From Dudresnaya verticillata (taxonomy: Eukaryota): 64,000 nt of DNA. Within the stretch, counting starts at the first letter, position 1; each line of letters starts with the position of its first letter. Positions 1 through 11,831 of this stretch are shown piece after piece. The stretch lies in the NCBI GenBank assembly GCA_977862235.1, contig OZ374565.1:1550001-1614000 (forward strand), read 5' to 3'. The notes under the pieces were generated by a model that was given only the letters and a program-made list of their open reading frames with translations, made no database searches and was not told where the DNA came from. Made by a program: the position numbers and the translations under genes.

Positions 1-2035
1 TGCTGAATAGCTTCAGCGGCGATTGCGGGCTATGTTGCTCTGCATAATTCTTCAGCGCCAGTAGGAGTAGCTTTCGCCATGATTTTCTTCCTTTTATCTT
101 GATTCTGAGTTTTTTTGGGACAGAACATAGGGGGGTCACGTCGAGCGGAAGTCCACAATTGTCCCATCTTGTAAGATGGGACTCAATGCCTTGGTCAGGG
201 GTTGCTGTACATAGCAACCCCTATCCAAAGCATTGCGTTTCGTATCATCTCAGCCCCAACAACGCTATCGACGTTAAAACAATTCACAACTTCATCATGC
301 CACTCATTGTGTGTGGCCCTCACACTCTTACTACAACACGGTGGGTATTGCCCTGGGTGTGACTGCAATGAAAGTTGGAGTACTGCAATTACTAACTGCT
401 TGAATTGCAAAGGTAACCCCCCATGACCCAGTACAATGGCTGTACCTCTGCCGCTGTCTTCCTTCGTGTCATTCTCAGCAAGTACTCATGTTGGAAGCGG
501 TCCACATGATGATATCTTCACGTCGTCCCCTATCCTCGTTTCAGGTATCCCAGACGCTCGCCCCATGGAAACATCGTGATGCTCTGGTTCTACGTCGACG
601 GTCTTTTACAGAAAGACAACCTTTTAGACGCCCTTCACTCACAAGGTAACCCCTCAGCTTGCTGCACAGTTCTCTCTCAGCGTGCATCATCTACTATGGC
701 AATAACTACAGACAAGACGGGTTCAACCCCACACAGAAAGTTTCGTTTACTACCCCTCACATCCAAACCCACTCATGCCTCTGATTCAGTATCTTCCACC
801 GTCCAATCCAATGGCACCGCCCAGCCCAGCAACCCTAACACATCCCGAGCTCCCCTCATCACCCGCTCCCAACCTGCCCGGCTCTCTCCATCATATCGCG
901 TGCCCATCCCATGAGCTGCTCCCGGGGCCATAACGTTGTATCCAGCTCAGCCAGGGCAACTCCGCGCGTCTCGATGACTTCAGCACGAAGAGCCCTGAGT
1001 TCTTGTAATAGGCGTTCCGGAGCAGTGTCGGAAGGTGATATTTTGTCACCGGGTCACGGTCGGGTCCGTGATTTCCTTCACATATACTTCGACGTCGCCA
1101 CTGGCAAGCTTAACGAAATTTCGTTACCCTCCGCTCCAACCGTGTCGGTGCGCTGACCTGTTGATCAACAACCCTCGGGTCGAGTCAACTTCGCAAGCTC
1201 TTCTAGGAGGTACAAAATGAGGCGTTTAATAACCTCATACATCCTGTCCGCTAGCATCGTGGTTAACAATAGCGTCCGAAATCCCAGGACCCTGCTCCCC
1301 TGTCGCTTCAGGATTGAGACCATTCTGCATGCTTAATAAACGCTGCATGTATTACCGAAGGTACTCGGTCATCAGGAAGTGCCGGCACGCCGGTGAGACA
1401 TTTTTCGGAAGGTGGCGACATTTGGCAGCTTACTACAATATTTCGTAGACCATACACACAGCCACAGCTGAATGGGCTCTGCGTCATGCTCGCGTCGTGA
1501 TGCTTGAATGGGTCTGAATAAAGTTGGCCGGCATAAGATGAGCTCCGACATCAAGGACCACCAGCCCAACCGTTCTCTCCTCAGAAACTCGGCGCTGGGA
1601 TTCTGGAGACTTATTACGGTTCTCACGATATCAATTATTTCTCAGTATCCGTTGCGCCCATGATAAATGTGTCTCCTGTATGACCAGTTTCCAGTACCCT
1701 ATAGGGCTATAGCAGCATCATCCTTCGGCGTGAAGTGACTGTAGTCCTTCAGTACTTGGTCACCCCATGACACCAAGCCTTGACTGCATATTCATCGGCT
1801 TCGATGGATATTTATGGTCGTTCCTTATTGACGATGCGCCCTGTATTTTGAAAAATTCCATACCAAGCTTTCGGACAGGAGTCACAAAGGTCGACCTGGG
1901 TCTGCTCCTGAGCACATTGCCTTGTACACCATGGGGCTTAATGCGTTTTGCGCACAGCTCGTATCGTGATGCCTGCGCCTCACGTTTAGTAACGTTGGCG
2001 AGGATATGACTACATCCAGCGCGGGGGCCGGGCAT
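1..2035 (-). pseudogene. Decayed coding region of unknown function (several stop-broken minus-strand reading frames)
   Basis: Minus-strand fragments 1760..2035, 1372..1626 and 195..410, plus stop-interrupted protein-like stretches between them; no family motif recognised. Confidence 0.25.
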
Positions 2036-3031
2036 TAACGTGAGACCGGTACCAGGAAGGGCAGCGGAGTGCTGCGGTGGAGATATGACCTGCGGCGGGC
2101 GTCATATTTATGTTGATTAGCGGTTAACCGCAGAACCTTGAACGGGCGAATCCACAACTAACAAGTTGTAATCTCTCTTGAGTCAGAAGCTCAAAACTGA
2201 GACGTATTTGCACCGCCGCTACGTAGAAACACGACGTGCTCAACACCACGCGGAATGTCGCCCTTAATACCCTTCACATCCAAAAATCAGTAACACCTCT
2301 GATTCAGAACGTGTACCGTCCACTCCACTGGGACCTCCCACCATCCCATAAGCTGGTTCCACGCGAATGCAGTTACTCATCAAGACCATACCGGTGTATG
2401 ATAGCAGTACACTGGAAACAAATGGAACATGTCCAGGGTTGACACAGGTTCTGATTGGCACAGACGGTGGCGTATTAGTCAATCATCACTGCTCTAGACC
2501 TCCTCAAATAGGATGTGTGCGCGGTGGGGGATAAGCGCCACGACTTCCAACTTTCGCTCTGGCATCACTTGAGATATGCCTGAATTCCTAGATCCAGAGT
2601 GGCCAGTCTACTAAAACCTCAAGCCATGACCGCGATCTGCATCGGAGCAAACGCCTCCACCACGCGTCTCAAGATCATCCCCACGTGCTGTGCCGACTGC
2701 GAACTCATCAGTGAGTCCGATTCCGGATTCCTACTGACTTGTTCGCTCTGTTCTCGGTATTCACGTAACCGTATCTTCCAGCGACGGAGGGGTATCCCGA
2801 GGGGTACCCATATTCTCAGTGTCTGCAGTTGCATCTGCAGCGTCACCACGCCTTCGAGTTGGGTACCACCTACCCAATACAGTTATTTTACGGCTGGGAG
2901 ATATCGACACCTCCTCCATTCCACTCCGCAAGACTACTGCCCGGCAACTCTTAGGTGCACGCATTCCACTAGCAACGACGAGATTCAAACCGTGGAACAT
3001 CGATATATCACCCCGCATTAACACAAGTGAG

Positions 3032-5128
3032 ATGGGTCGCGCTCGGGAGAATGTGCAGAGTGGCAAGCCCAAAGTTGTCACTGCGGACATAAGAAACGCT
3101 CCAACGACTGTGAGGTCCCATCCTACGCCTTGCAGTCTGCGTAGAGCGAGCACATGCAGGAAGGACTCGAACATAATCGGGAAATAATGGCTACCGTCAA
3201 GTCTCCCGGTTCTGATTCCGTCGAACAGCGCGATAGGCAACATGTACAAGCGAGGAGTGTCGTACTTATGATGGATGGAAAGGAGGTAGGCACGGCTGAG
3301 CCACTGAGGCCGTCACCACCCGAAGAGGGGGATGACACGGGAGCTTTCAAGGTGAGGATGTATGGTCGTTCGCTGAAGGAGTTGCAAGGGAAGGGCGAGA
3401 CATGGGTAGTCATATTCAATGTCAAAGTTTAGAAAGACCATCTTCAAAGTCGTTACAAGTACAAGTACCCAGGACTGGAGCCCCCCCCCCCGCCCACTCT
3501 TTCTGGACTCAATTTGGAATTCATGTTTGGGACAGGGAGCAGATAACGAATGGGAAGAGAAAGCAAACGGAAGAGGAAACTACAGGGGGTGCGCAAGGGA
3601 ATATACCTGTCAAGTCGAAACTGACAAGTAATATGGGAAGTGATGGCCGTGTTGCTCGAAGGGTGCTTCCATCGCGGAAAGGGAGGCCTGGTCTACTCCA
3701 GCGCCTTGCTACAACGATAGGGATGGGAACTAAAATACCTGCTCCCCATTCTGAATCTCCGAAACGGTCGTTACAGGTGAATAGAACCAGTACAGACTCA
3801 GTGGCTGAGGCACTTCATGGTGAAGGGATCGAGCAAACTAAGGAAAGAGCGCACGCCTTCGCCTGTCCCGGAACTGCCCTTACTCGTCTACACCCCTGAG
3901 CGACAAGCTCCCATGTGCCGTCGTCCATACGCATTGGATGCTGGAAATAATGGCGACAAGAGGAGTCGCAACGCCTCGGATGAAGTCGAATTGTGTACCA
4001 CAAGGAGGGTCGAGTCACCAAAAAATGATAGCAATGACGATAGTGTGCGTCTTGACGATAATCACACACCCGACGCTGACGAGTCGCCAGACTGGACGCC
4101 AACGGAGACCAGAGAAGTTGATGAAGAGGCTAATAATGGTGCCCTGGAAGCTTCGTGGGATAAGCCCAAGCGCCAATACAGGTATGTCAATCGCCCAGAA
4201 GGAGCGCTTTCAGGGTCAATAATGCAGGCGAAGAGGCGGAGGGTTTTGGAAACGTTGGAGAGTCAGGACATGTCCGGTATCTACTGCTGTAAGATGAAAC
4301 AGTGTTTCGCCACTATTAAGCCTGTTTATGTCATAGCCGAGTCGCGCAAAGTCATGGCGCAGAACGGGGCCGAGAGAAAAAGCTACCTCGCAGGGCTTCT
4401 TGAGCACAACTCCAACATGTACTTTTTAGCGGTCGTCCTGTCTGCTATACATTCCTGGAGAGGGCGTTCGGCTTTTCGAAAGACCTTTAGTCAGTGGTGA
4501 AGGGGACAAATCTCATCGTGAAAGGAAAGGTAGAGGGCTCGCTGTCACGTCTTCCTCTACTGAGCAGCTGGAGGTCATCGTTTCATTTCTGGAGCGGCCT
4601 TGCTGAAGTCTCTGGAGACTCGCAACCGGACAAGCAAGAGACTCATCTTCCGTTCTATTAGAAACTCGCAGTTTACAACATGTTTAAGAAAGAACATGAC
4701 GCTCTGTATTCGAGGCGAGAGACGCCATCTCAAAGCTACTTTTACAGCATCTGGATTCGATACTGCCCACAAATCAAGGTACGGCGCACGCATAGGTTTG
4801 CGAAATGCCCTGAATGCGAACATATCAAAGACTTGCTGACAAAGGCCGCCGCAGACCTTCCTAGCACGGAAGCGATTCGTGAGCGTCGGTTACGATATGT
4901 CAAAGCGATCATGAAGGAGAGGCAGAGTATCGCAAGAAATGCGAAATGGCATCTATGTACCTCAAGAGCTACTGCTATGCAATAATCGATGGTGCTGATC
5001 ATTCCGTGTTCGGATTTCCTCACTTCCATGTCAAGCGGAAGGATATCCGCGGGCATGCCTTGAAGCCGAAAGTTGTTGGTGTCCTGGAACACGGTCAAAC
5101 TGCAAACCTCCGCCTATTCACTATGACC
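3032..5128 (+). pseudogene. Sola-like (DUF7869-type) DDE DNA transposase, frameshifted and 3'-truncated, with an extra N-terminal domain
   Basis: Consecutive fragments 3154..3432, 3402..3899, 3817..4500, 4680..4985 and 4946..~5128 give CC-x4-C, 'PSQSYFYSIWIRYCPQIKVRRTHRFAKCPECEH' and 'IIDGADHSVFGFPHF...KVVGVLEHG', the layout of Sola/DUF7869 transposases. Homology stops abruptly at ~5128. Confidence 0.7.
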
Positions 5129-8100
5129 GGTTGGCTTCATGCACTCCCACATGCAACTTGGACTGCACAAATCCAGTCGCAGCCAGAGCCTCAACACCTC
5201 GTTCCGATGACTCCACAACACCAAAGCTTTCCTCGGCAACATGAGTCTGATCTGAGTCATCCGCAGCAGATTCTCCAACAACGTTGTCATTCTTTGAAAC
5301 TTGCGATTCAGTGCTGCGAGGCATGACTGCAACGTCGTCAGTAGCCCCATCCACATCCTTCATCCTAGTGACACCATCTACAGCAGCACCATTTGTCGTT
5401 GTATCCTGCGCACCACCTTCCTCCATCTTACGGGCATCTATTTCTTCCTCTTCTACAGCAGTATCGTCCGCAATAACATCCTCAGCAGAAGCATCATCCG
5501 AGTACGTTGTGTCGGTGCAGAGGATATCCGTTATAGCGGTACTAACGACAACATCATGTCGAGTAGTGCCACTGGCAACAGCTTCATCCACAGCATTGGT
5601 ATCCGAATTGGCTTCTCTAACATTTGTTTCACACCCAGCAGCTTCATGTTGGGAAGCTTTGCCTTCATCAATCCCATCTGACGTACTCCCAGCTTGTGAT
5701 TCTTTTCAGAAGCCGCGAAAAAACCCAGCTCTTCGTCATTATCCTCTGCAGTGGCACCATTCCGAGAACAGTCTTTGGCCGCAGCCAAACTCGCCGCTGC
5801 TTCATCTGCAGAAGCACAGTCTACTGCAACGTCGGCGACATCTGTAGCAGCTGCCACTCCAGAATTAGTTACGATAGTGTTGGTTATAGTATTGGCCATA
5901 GGTTTACCTGCTGCAGCTTCAAGCACAGCAGCATCGCCCTCTCCAATGCGCAATTCAGCAACAGTGTGTGCAGTATCGCTTTCAATCGCCTTATCCACTT
6001 CAACTTGAGTTCCAGAATCATTATCCTCAGAACTGGTGGTGTTCGTCGTATCAGCTACGTTCTGCATAACAACAATAGTAAAAACGTCATCCACAGCTGG
6101 TTCCTCCGGAGAGGCGTCATCAGCGCTGGACTCCCTCGCAATAACTATCTCCGTAGCGTTTTCGTCCTCTGCATATTCACCCACTGCGACTGCATCTTCA
6201 TCGCCTTCATCAGCAATTACTTCGCCAGCAGAGGCCCCATCTGCAGTACAGGTATCCACAACAGAAGCACCCACAAAAGCAGTCTCCGCAATATTGCTGA
6301 TCGACTTGCCTTTGCGAATATTCTCATCGTCCGCAGAAATTGCTGGCAATGAAACGTTGAGAATAGCACTATCCCTCGCAAAAGAAATTTTCGCAGCAGC
6401 TTCAGCACAACTCACCTCCTCATCTAGTGCATCCACAGTATCATCTGTTGAAAGAGAAACAGTATCTGCACCACCAGAAACGATACCTGCAGGAGTTAGT
6501 TCCGTACTAGCAGTGTCTGTAGAAACATTTTCTACACGATCTTCAACTGCTAGAGGGTTATCGTCATCAAATTGAGGCGTAAGACTTCTATCGGCGGTTT
6601 CGTCACCCTGAAAATGGTCATTCACTTGAGTATCCTCCAGAGGAGCGCTTTCAGATAGAACGCTTTCAGCAGGAAGGACAACCGGGAGAGGGCCCCAAGA
6701 AGGATCTTCTTCCACAGGAAGAGCGCCGCTCAAAAGACTGACATCCTCAGGAATATCGTCTGCACAATTGTCCTTTCCAAAATAGTGTCTTTTGGAGTGG
6801 CGTCATCGACTATGGGGTCTTCTGCAGTAGCCTCTTCCACATAAGCGATTGCTGCAATTACCTCTTCTTCAGCAGTCTCATGCATTACGATGTGTTCTAC
6901 AGCCGCATCTTCTACAATAGTGATATCCACGATTGCATCTTCTGCAATAGCGATATCCACGATTGCCTCTTCTTCATAAGCATCGCCCACTTTGGCGTGT
7001 TCTGCAACAGAGTTGAAAACAATAGCGTCTCCTGGAGGAATTTGTAAACTCTGCGTTTTGCTCCTCGGCGTTGTTGTAAAAACTGTGCTCTTCCCCCTCC
7101 CCTTCCTACGGTTGCTGAGAGAGGAGCAGCTTTTATTGTCATGTTTGTTCCTTCTGCCAGCTCCAGAAAGATGGAGCTATACACAGAACAGTCATCTTCA
7201 TTCGTTCTATCAGCTCCAGTACGTTGGAGCTGGACACAGAAAAGTCACCCTCATTCCTCCTGTCAGCTCCAGAACGTTGGAGCTATACACAGAACAGCCA
7301 TCCTAATTCCTCCCGTCAGCTCCAGAACGTTGGAGCTAGACATGGAATAGATAACTTAATACTCTAACGGCATAACGTACTGTGCCACACGTACAAATTT
7401 GAACAGTACTACAAAAACAAATATCCCCCGTCTGAGCTTGAAGAACAAGTCCGTGTTGGCGGCTTAAAGTTGTCGGTAGTCTAAATCTCTCTACAAATGT
7501 TATAAACAATAGGGTCTTGTTCTGCAACGTCATCAAACATAGCTTCCTCTAAGGAAGCGTTCATAACAATATTTTCTCCTGCAGCAGCATCGTCCACAAC
7601 AGTATTTTCTCTTGTAGTGTCATCCAATGTTGAGTCTTCTATCGAAACATAGAATCGAGCAGCGTCTGCTGCAACAGCAGAGTCGACAATAGCGCCTCCT
7701 ACGCCAGTGTTACTCACAATTGCGTCTTCTACAGCAGCTCCATCCATATTATCATTGTCAACAAGAATGTCTTTCGCAACTTCCACAGAGACGTCAGCCA
7801 CATCAAAACCTTCCGCGGCGGAGGCGTTCAAAACAGAGCGTTCTAAAATATCGGCTTCTTTAGAAGCACCTTGGACAGAATCATGGTACATAGAAGAGTG
7901 TTCACGCGCAGCGTCCTCAGCACTAGCCCCCTGAACGATAGTGTCGCTCGACGTGTCGTTTTCAGTAGCAGTGTGACCAGAAGCGGTATCACCTGTAATG
8001 TCGTCTTCGGCATTGTAGTCTTCTGCGGTAGAGGTAGCGCATTCTACGAAGGCGTCTCCCTCCGTAGCGTCTTCTACGGAGGCGTCTTCCACGCCAGAGT

Positions 8101-9640
8101 CTCCATAAGTACGGTCTTCTACAACATATTCGTACACATTGTCACCTTCCATAGTAACTACAGCAGCGACTTTCACAGAGGCCTTTGCAGTATCGCCTTG
8201 CACATCCGTAGTGTCATCTCCGACAATAACGGTAACAATAGTTGAGTTTCATACAGCTTGATTATGCACATTGCCTTCACAAGCAGAAGCGTTACCAACT
8301 GCGGTCTTATCCACATGGTCATTCGCAGCAGAGTCATTCGCAGCAACGTCGCCCTCGGGAGCATCAGTTTCGACTGGAATATTCGTTCATGCGACTTCCT
8401 TAACAACATCTTCCGCAGTCATGTTGCTAGTATCATCATCAGCTCCTGCTGTCTCATCCGTAAAAGCAGCGCTCGAAGCAACTCCTTTTTCACCCACATC
8501 TGCTGCAATCTCATCACTAATCGCAGTACCTTCTAAAGCAGTATCATCTACGAGACCGACACTCGTAGCAGGGTAGTTAATAGTACCTTCAGCAGTTCTG
8601 TCCACAGTAGTTTCATCTACAGAAACAGATAGAGCGGTCGCACCCGCAACCGTGCCGTCGCTGACACCCTTTGCTCCCATTTCGCTCGTAGAACCGGCCA
8701 TTGTATTGCTGTTATCATCCATACCTTTGCCACTTACAGCAATCCCATGTGATGCAGAAACGTCAAAAGACGAGTCGTGCGCAGCAGCGCCATCGTCGAG
8801 AAACTCCGTCTTCATGGATGCAATCGTGCCTGCGGCTTCCTTGGCAACATTGCCCGTAGTACTGTCGCTAGACCCATCATCGTCTATTGCCATGTCACCC
8901 GTAACAGAGATGCTCGTAGCAACTCCGTCTTCACGCAAATCTGCTGCCATCGCGCCACTCGAAGCACTATCTGCTAAGTATCCTGCTGATGCAGTATCAT
9001 TATGCAGTATCATCTACGAGACCGGTACTCATAACAGCACCATCCATAGAAACTCCTCCAACAACTGTGTTCACAGCAGTGTCATCTACGGAAGAAGACG
9101 CAGCTGTTTCACGCGTAGTCGTGTTGTCGCTGACCTCCTCTGCTACCGTTTCGCCCTCACCAACAACAGTTGCATTGCTTTCAACCTCCTTAGCACTGCC
9201 ACTCGCAGCAGCACCCTCTGATTCGACGACATCAGTAGCAGCGTCATTCGCAGCAGCGTCTTCCTCGGGAACATCTGCTGCCGTAGAGACATTCGTGGCT
9301 GTGGTTCCCTTATCAACATCTTCCCCAGTCGTAACGCTAGGACCAGCATCGGCAATTGCTGTGTCACTCGTAACAGTAGCGCTCGTAGCAGCTTCGTCTT
9401 CAGGCGCTTCTGCAGCAACCTCGTCACTCTTGGCAGCATCTTCCGCAGCAGTATCATCTGCAAGGCCGTTACTCGTAGCAGCACAATCCACAGAAACAAC
9501 CCCACCATCTGTGCTCACAGCAGTATCATTCAAAGTCACAGCAGGGGTTTCAGCGGAATGGTTCGTTGACAAGTTTGCAGCGACTCGCGGTTGGATTGCA
9601 ACTGTTGTCGACGTCCACAGTGCTCCTGGCTTGCGATATT
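5121..9640 (-). pseudogene. Very long Asp/Glu/Ala/Thr/Val-rich low-complexity protein, broken into fragments
   Basis: ORFs 9000..9572, 8387..9013, 7481..8203, 6730..6990, 5531..6733 and 5121..5591 share the same acidic composition and recurring motifs (EDA.VED, GLVDDTA). Confidence 0.65.
7158..7342. repeat. 53-bp minisatellite, 3.5 units, each with an AGCTCCA-N6-TGGAGCT hairpin
   Basis: Units start at 7158, 7211, 7264 and 7317. Confidence 0.9.
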
Positions 9641-10440
9641 CTCGCTCAAGCTGTCATCAACGTTGCGTGAGACGATTCGGGCGTAGTGGAAGAGCGTTCC
9701 AAGACGGTCTGCAGCGATGGGTCTCTAGAGAAGATAGCGGTACACGTCAGTTGGTTCTTGCGTCTAGATTCGAAGAAGAGCGTCACGGCTGAACAGCACC
9801 AGGCGGCTAAAGGCGCTACGCGCCGTTTGCGCAGTGCAGTATGCTTGGAGTTAGGAGTATCAGCATTCTCAGAGACATCGGCAAGGGAGTGGTTTGGGGA
9901 GTACGTCCGTTGACCTCTCGCACGCCGTGCGGGTGCGTCGCGAGGCAGTAGCTAATTTCTTTCCTCGTGTCTGGGAGCTATCGACGAATATATATTCATA
10001 ATAGCTCCTCGGCACTGCCGAGATCGAAACGCGACTTTGTTAGGTTTCACGATTCCGCTTCCTGAATAGCTATGTAGCAAACTAGATTATATCCAAGAAA
10101 ATATCTACTTTTTAGGTGTTTCATTCCGACCAAAAGGATGAGCTATGTAGCTCCCACGGAGCTGCAAATCAAAACCCTATGAAATAGATGTTTTATTTCG
10201 CGCATCTCAACATATATTGGCCGATATGTATATTCGTTTCTAGCTTTTTGAGATCTGCTTCCTCGTTTGCTACTGATGTCAACGTGTTCCCGAGGTTCCG
10301 GCCAACCTCGTCGTGCACCCATCTTCTGCTCTGGGATGCCCTCTCTGCCGCCACCCCCCGTGCGCAGTAGCGGTCAGCCACTACCCATGTCGCCCTCTAG
10401 TGCGGCCACCTCTTGAAATGTTCCAGGCGCTGGCCGATCG

Positions 10441-10717
10441 TGCACGCAGTCTGACTACAAGCCGTGTTCATTGACTACGCACTCCTCGTTGTACAGCGTA
10501 CGGCGTACGTACGCCTGTGCATAGCGGCACCCCGTCGCCACAGGCCGCTCATGCACGCAGTCGGCGCACCTCATCACCGCAAGCCGCTTGTGCACGCAGT
10601 CGGAGCACCTCGTCGCCGCAAGCCGCTCATGCACGCAGTCGGCGCACCTCATCGCCGCAGGCCGCTCGTGCACGCAGTCGAACTACAAGCCGTGTTCATT
10701 GACTATGCGCTCCTCGC
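10441..10717. repeat. 39-bp tandem repeat (~4 units) bracketed by ~48-bp direct repeats
   Basis: TGCACGCAGTCGGCGCACCTCATCGCCGCAGGCCGCTC-type units; TGCACGCAGTC..ACTACAAGCCGTGTTCATTGACTA at 10441 and 10669. Confidence 0.85.
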
Positions 10718-11111
10718 TCAACGGCAGGGCGTGGCTGTACCCTAACGCTATTGGCCTCTCGTGCAATACAAAAATGTTATTCAAAGATGTCCCATCTTCG
10801 GGTAAAGGACCTCACCGCAGCCTCCCACTCTCTTACCATATTGGCGCGGGTTGTACGACTAAGCAGCGAGGTTGATGCTGACGAGAGAAAAGCAGTAGTG
10901 GACGCTCCGCTGATTGCAGTGTCTAATGAAATGGATGTTGCAACATGTTGCGCTGCAGCGCGAATTGAGAAGTTCAACCGGACTTTACTGTATCAGGAGA
11001 GAATGGGAACTGGAAGAGAAAGAAGGCACGTTGTGCAGCGTTTCGACTGTTCACGTCATCGCAAAACATGTTGGTGATCAATGCATATCGTTTACAAGAA
11101 TTGCGCAAAGC

Positions 11112-11693
11112 CTATTCCGAAAGCGGGTCTTCTACATTGCGTTGTCCTTCCTCCCTAAGTGCACGTACAGAACGATGCAAGTCCTGTACATTTCGAAGAG
11201 TATTGCGAAGCGCCCTTATTATCTTTCTTCCGAATTCTTGAATGAGGTAGCGAACGAAATTGGATGCCCTTTGCACTTCGACCTCCAGGTCACCGACTAC
11301 GGCCCGCAGATGGGCGACCTGTGCACGTAGTCGTATGACCTCGAGCTGTGCATCGCCAACCGTTGGGTTAAGGGGCAGTGGCATTTCGGGTGTTGGTAGA
11401 ACTGTTCAGAAGTTGTGTTGAAGCTGGTTCTCAATATCCGAATCCAACTCTGGGTCGTCTCCGCCCAGGACATGTATCCCAAGACGCCGTTCGATAGTTT
11501 GCAGTCTTCTTCTCGCAGCCCTCGCGATTTGCACTGCCTGAACCACAACTCTCGACAAGCGGTCCATGACGTTGGTGGTTACCTCACTCATTCTCTGCCG
11601 AGCACTTTCCGCTCGAGTTCCTAGCGCGTCTACCTCCACTCAAAGAGCCTGTACCTCGGAGAGAAGTGCTTCTGTATCCACGTCTGTTGCCAT
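11112..11693 (-). pseudogene. Small coiled-coil protein with two in-frame TGA stops
   Basis: ATG at 11693, ORF 11406..11639 and ORF 11112..11384 are all in one frame; heptad-rich (LEVIRLRAQVAHLRAVVGDLEVEV). Confidence 0.45.
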
Positions 11694-11831
11694 GTCGGCC
11701 TCATGTCTATTGTTTCGCGGTGATGCAATGGGTATGGAAATGAGATCGGCTACCTACCGAACGAAGCGCACTCTTCACTGGCGAAAAATGTGCGTTCATT
11801 GCACTGCAAATGTGCTGGCGTTTCCAGACGA

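Noticed and set aside
7158..7342. CRISPR-like array (palindromic repeat with regular spacing)
   Set aside because: The 'spacers' are homologous to each other, there are no cas genes and the context is eukaryotic; it is a minisatellite
5284..9792. Plus-strand Ser/Ala-rich ORFs (e.g. 8989..9792, 6036..6575)
   Set aside because: Antisense shadows of the acidic low-complexity gene
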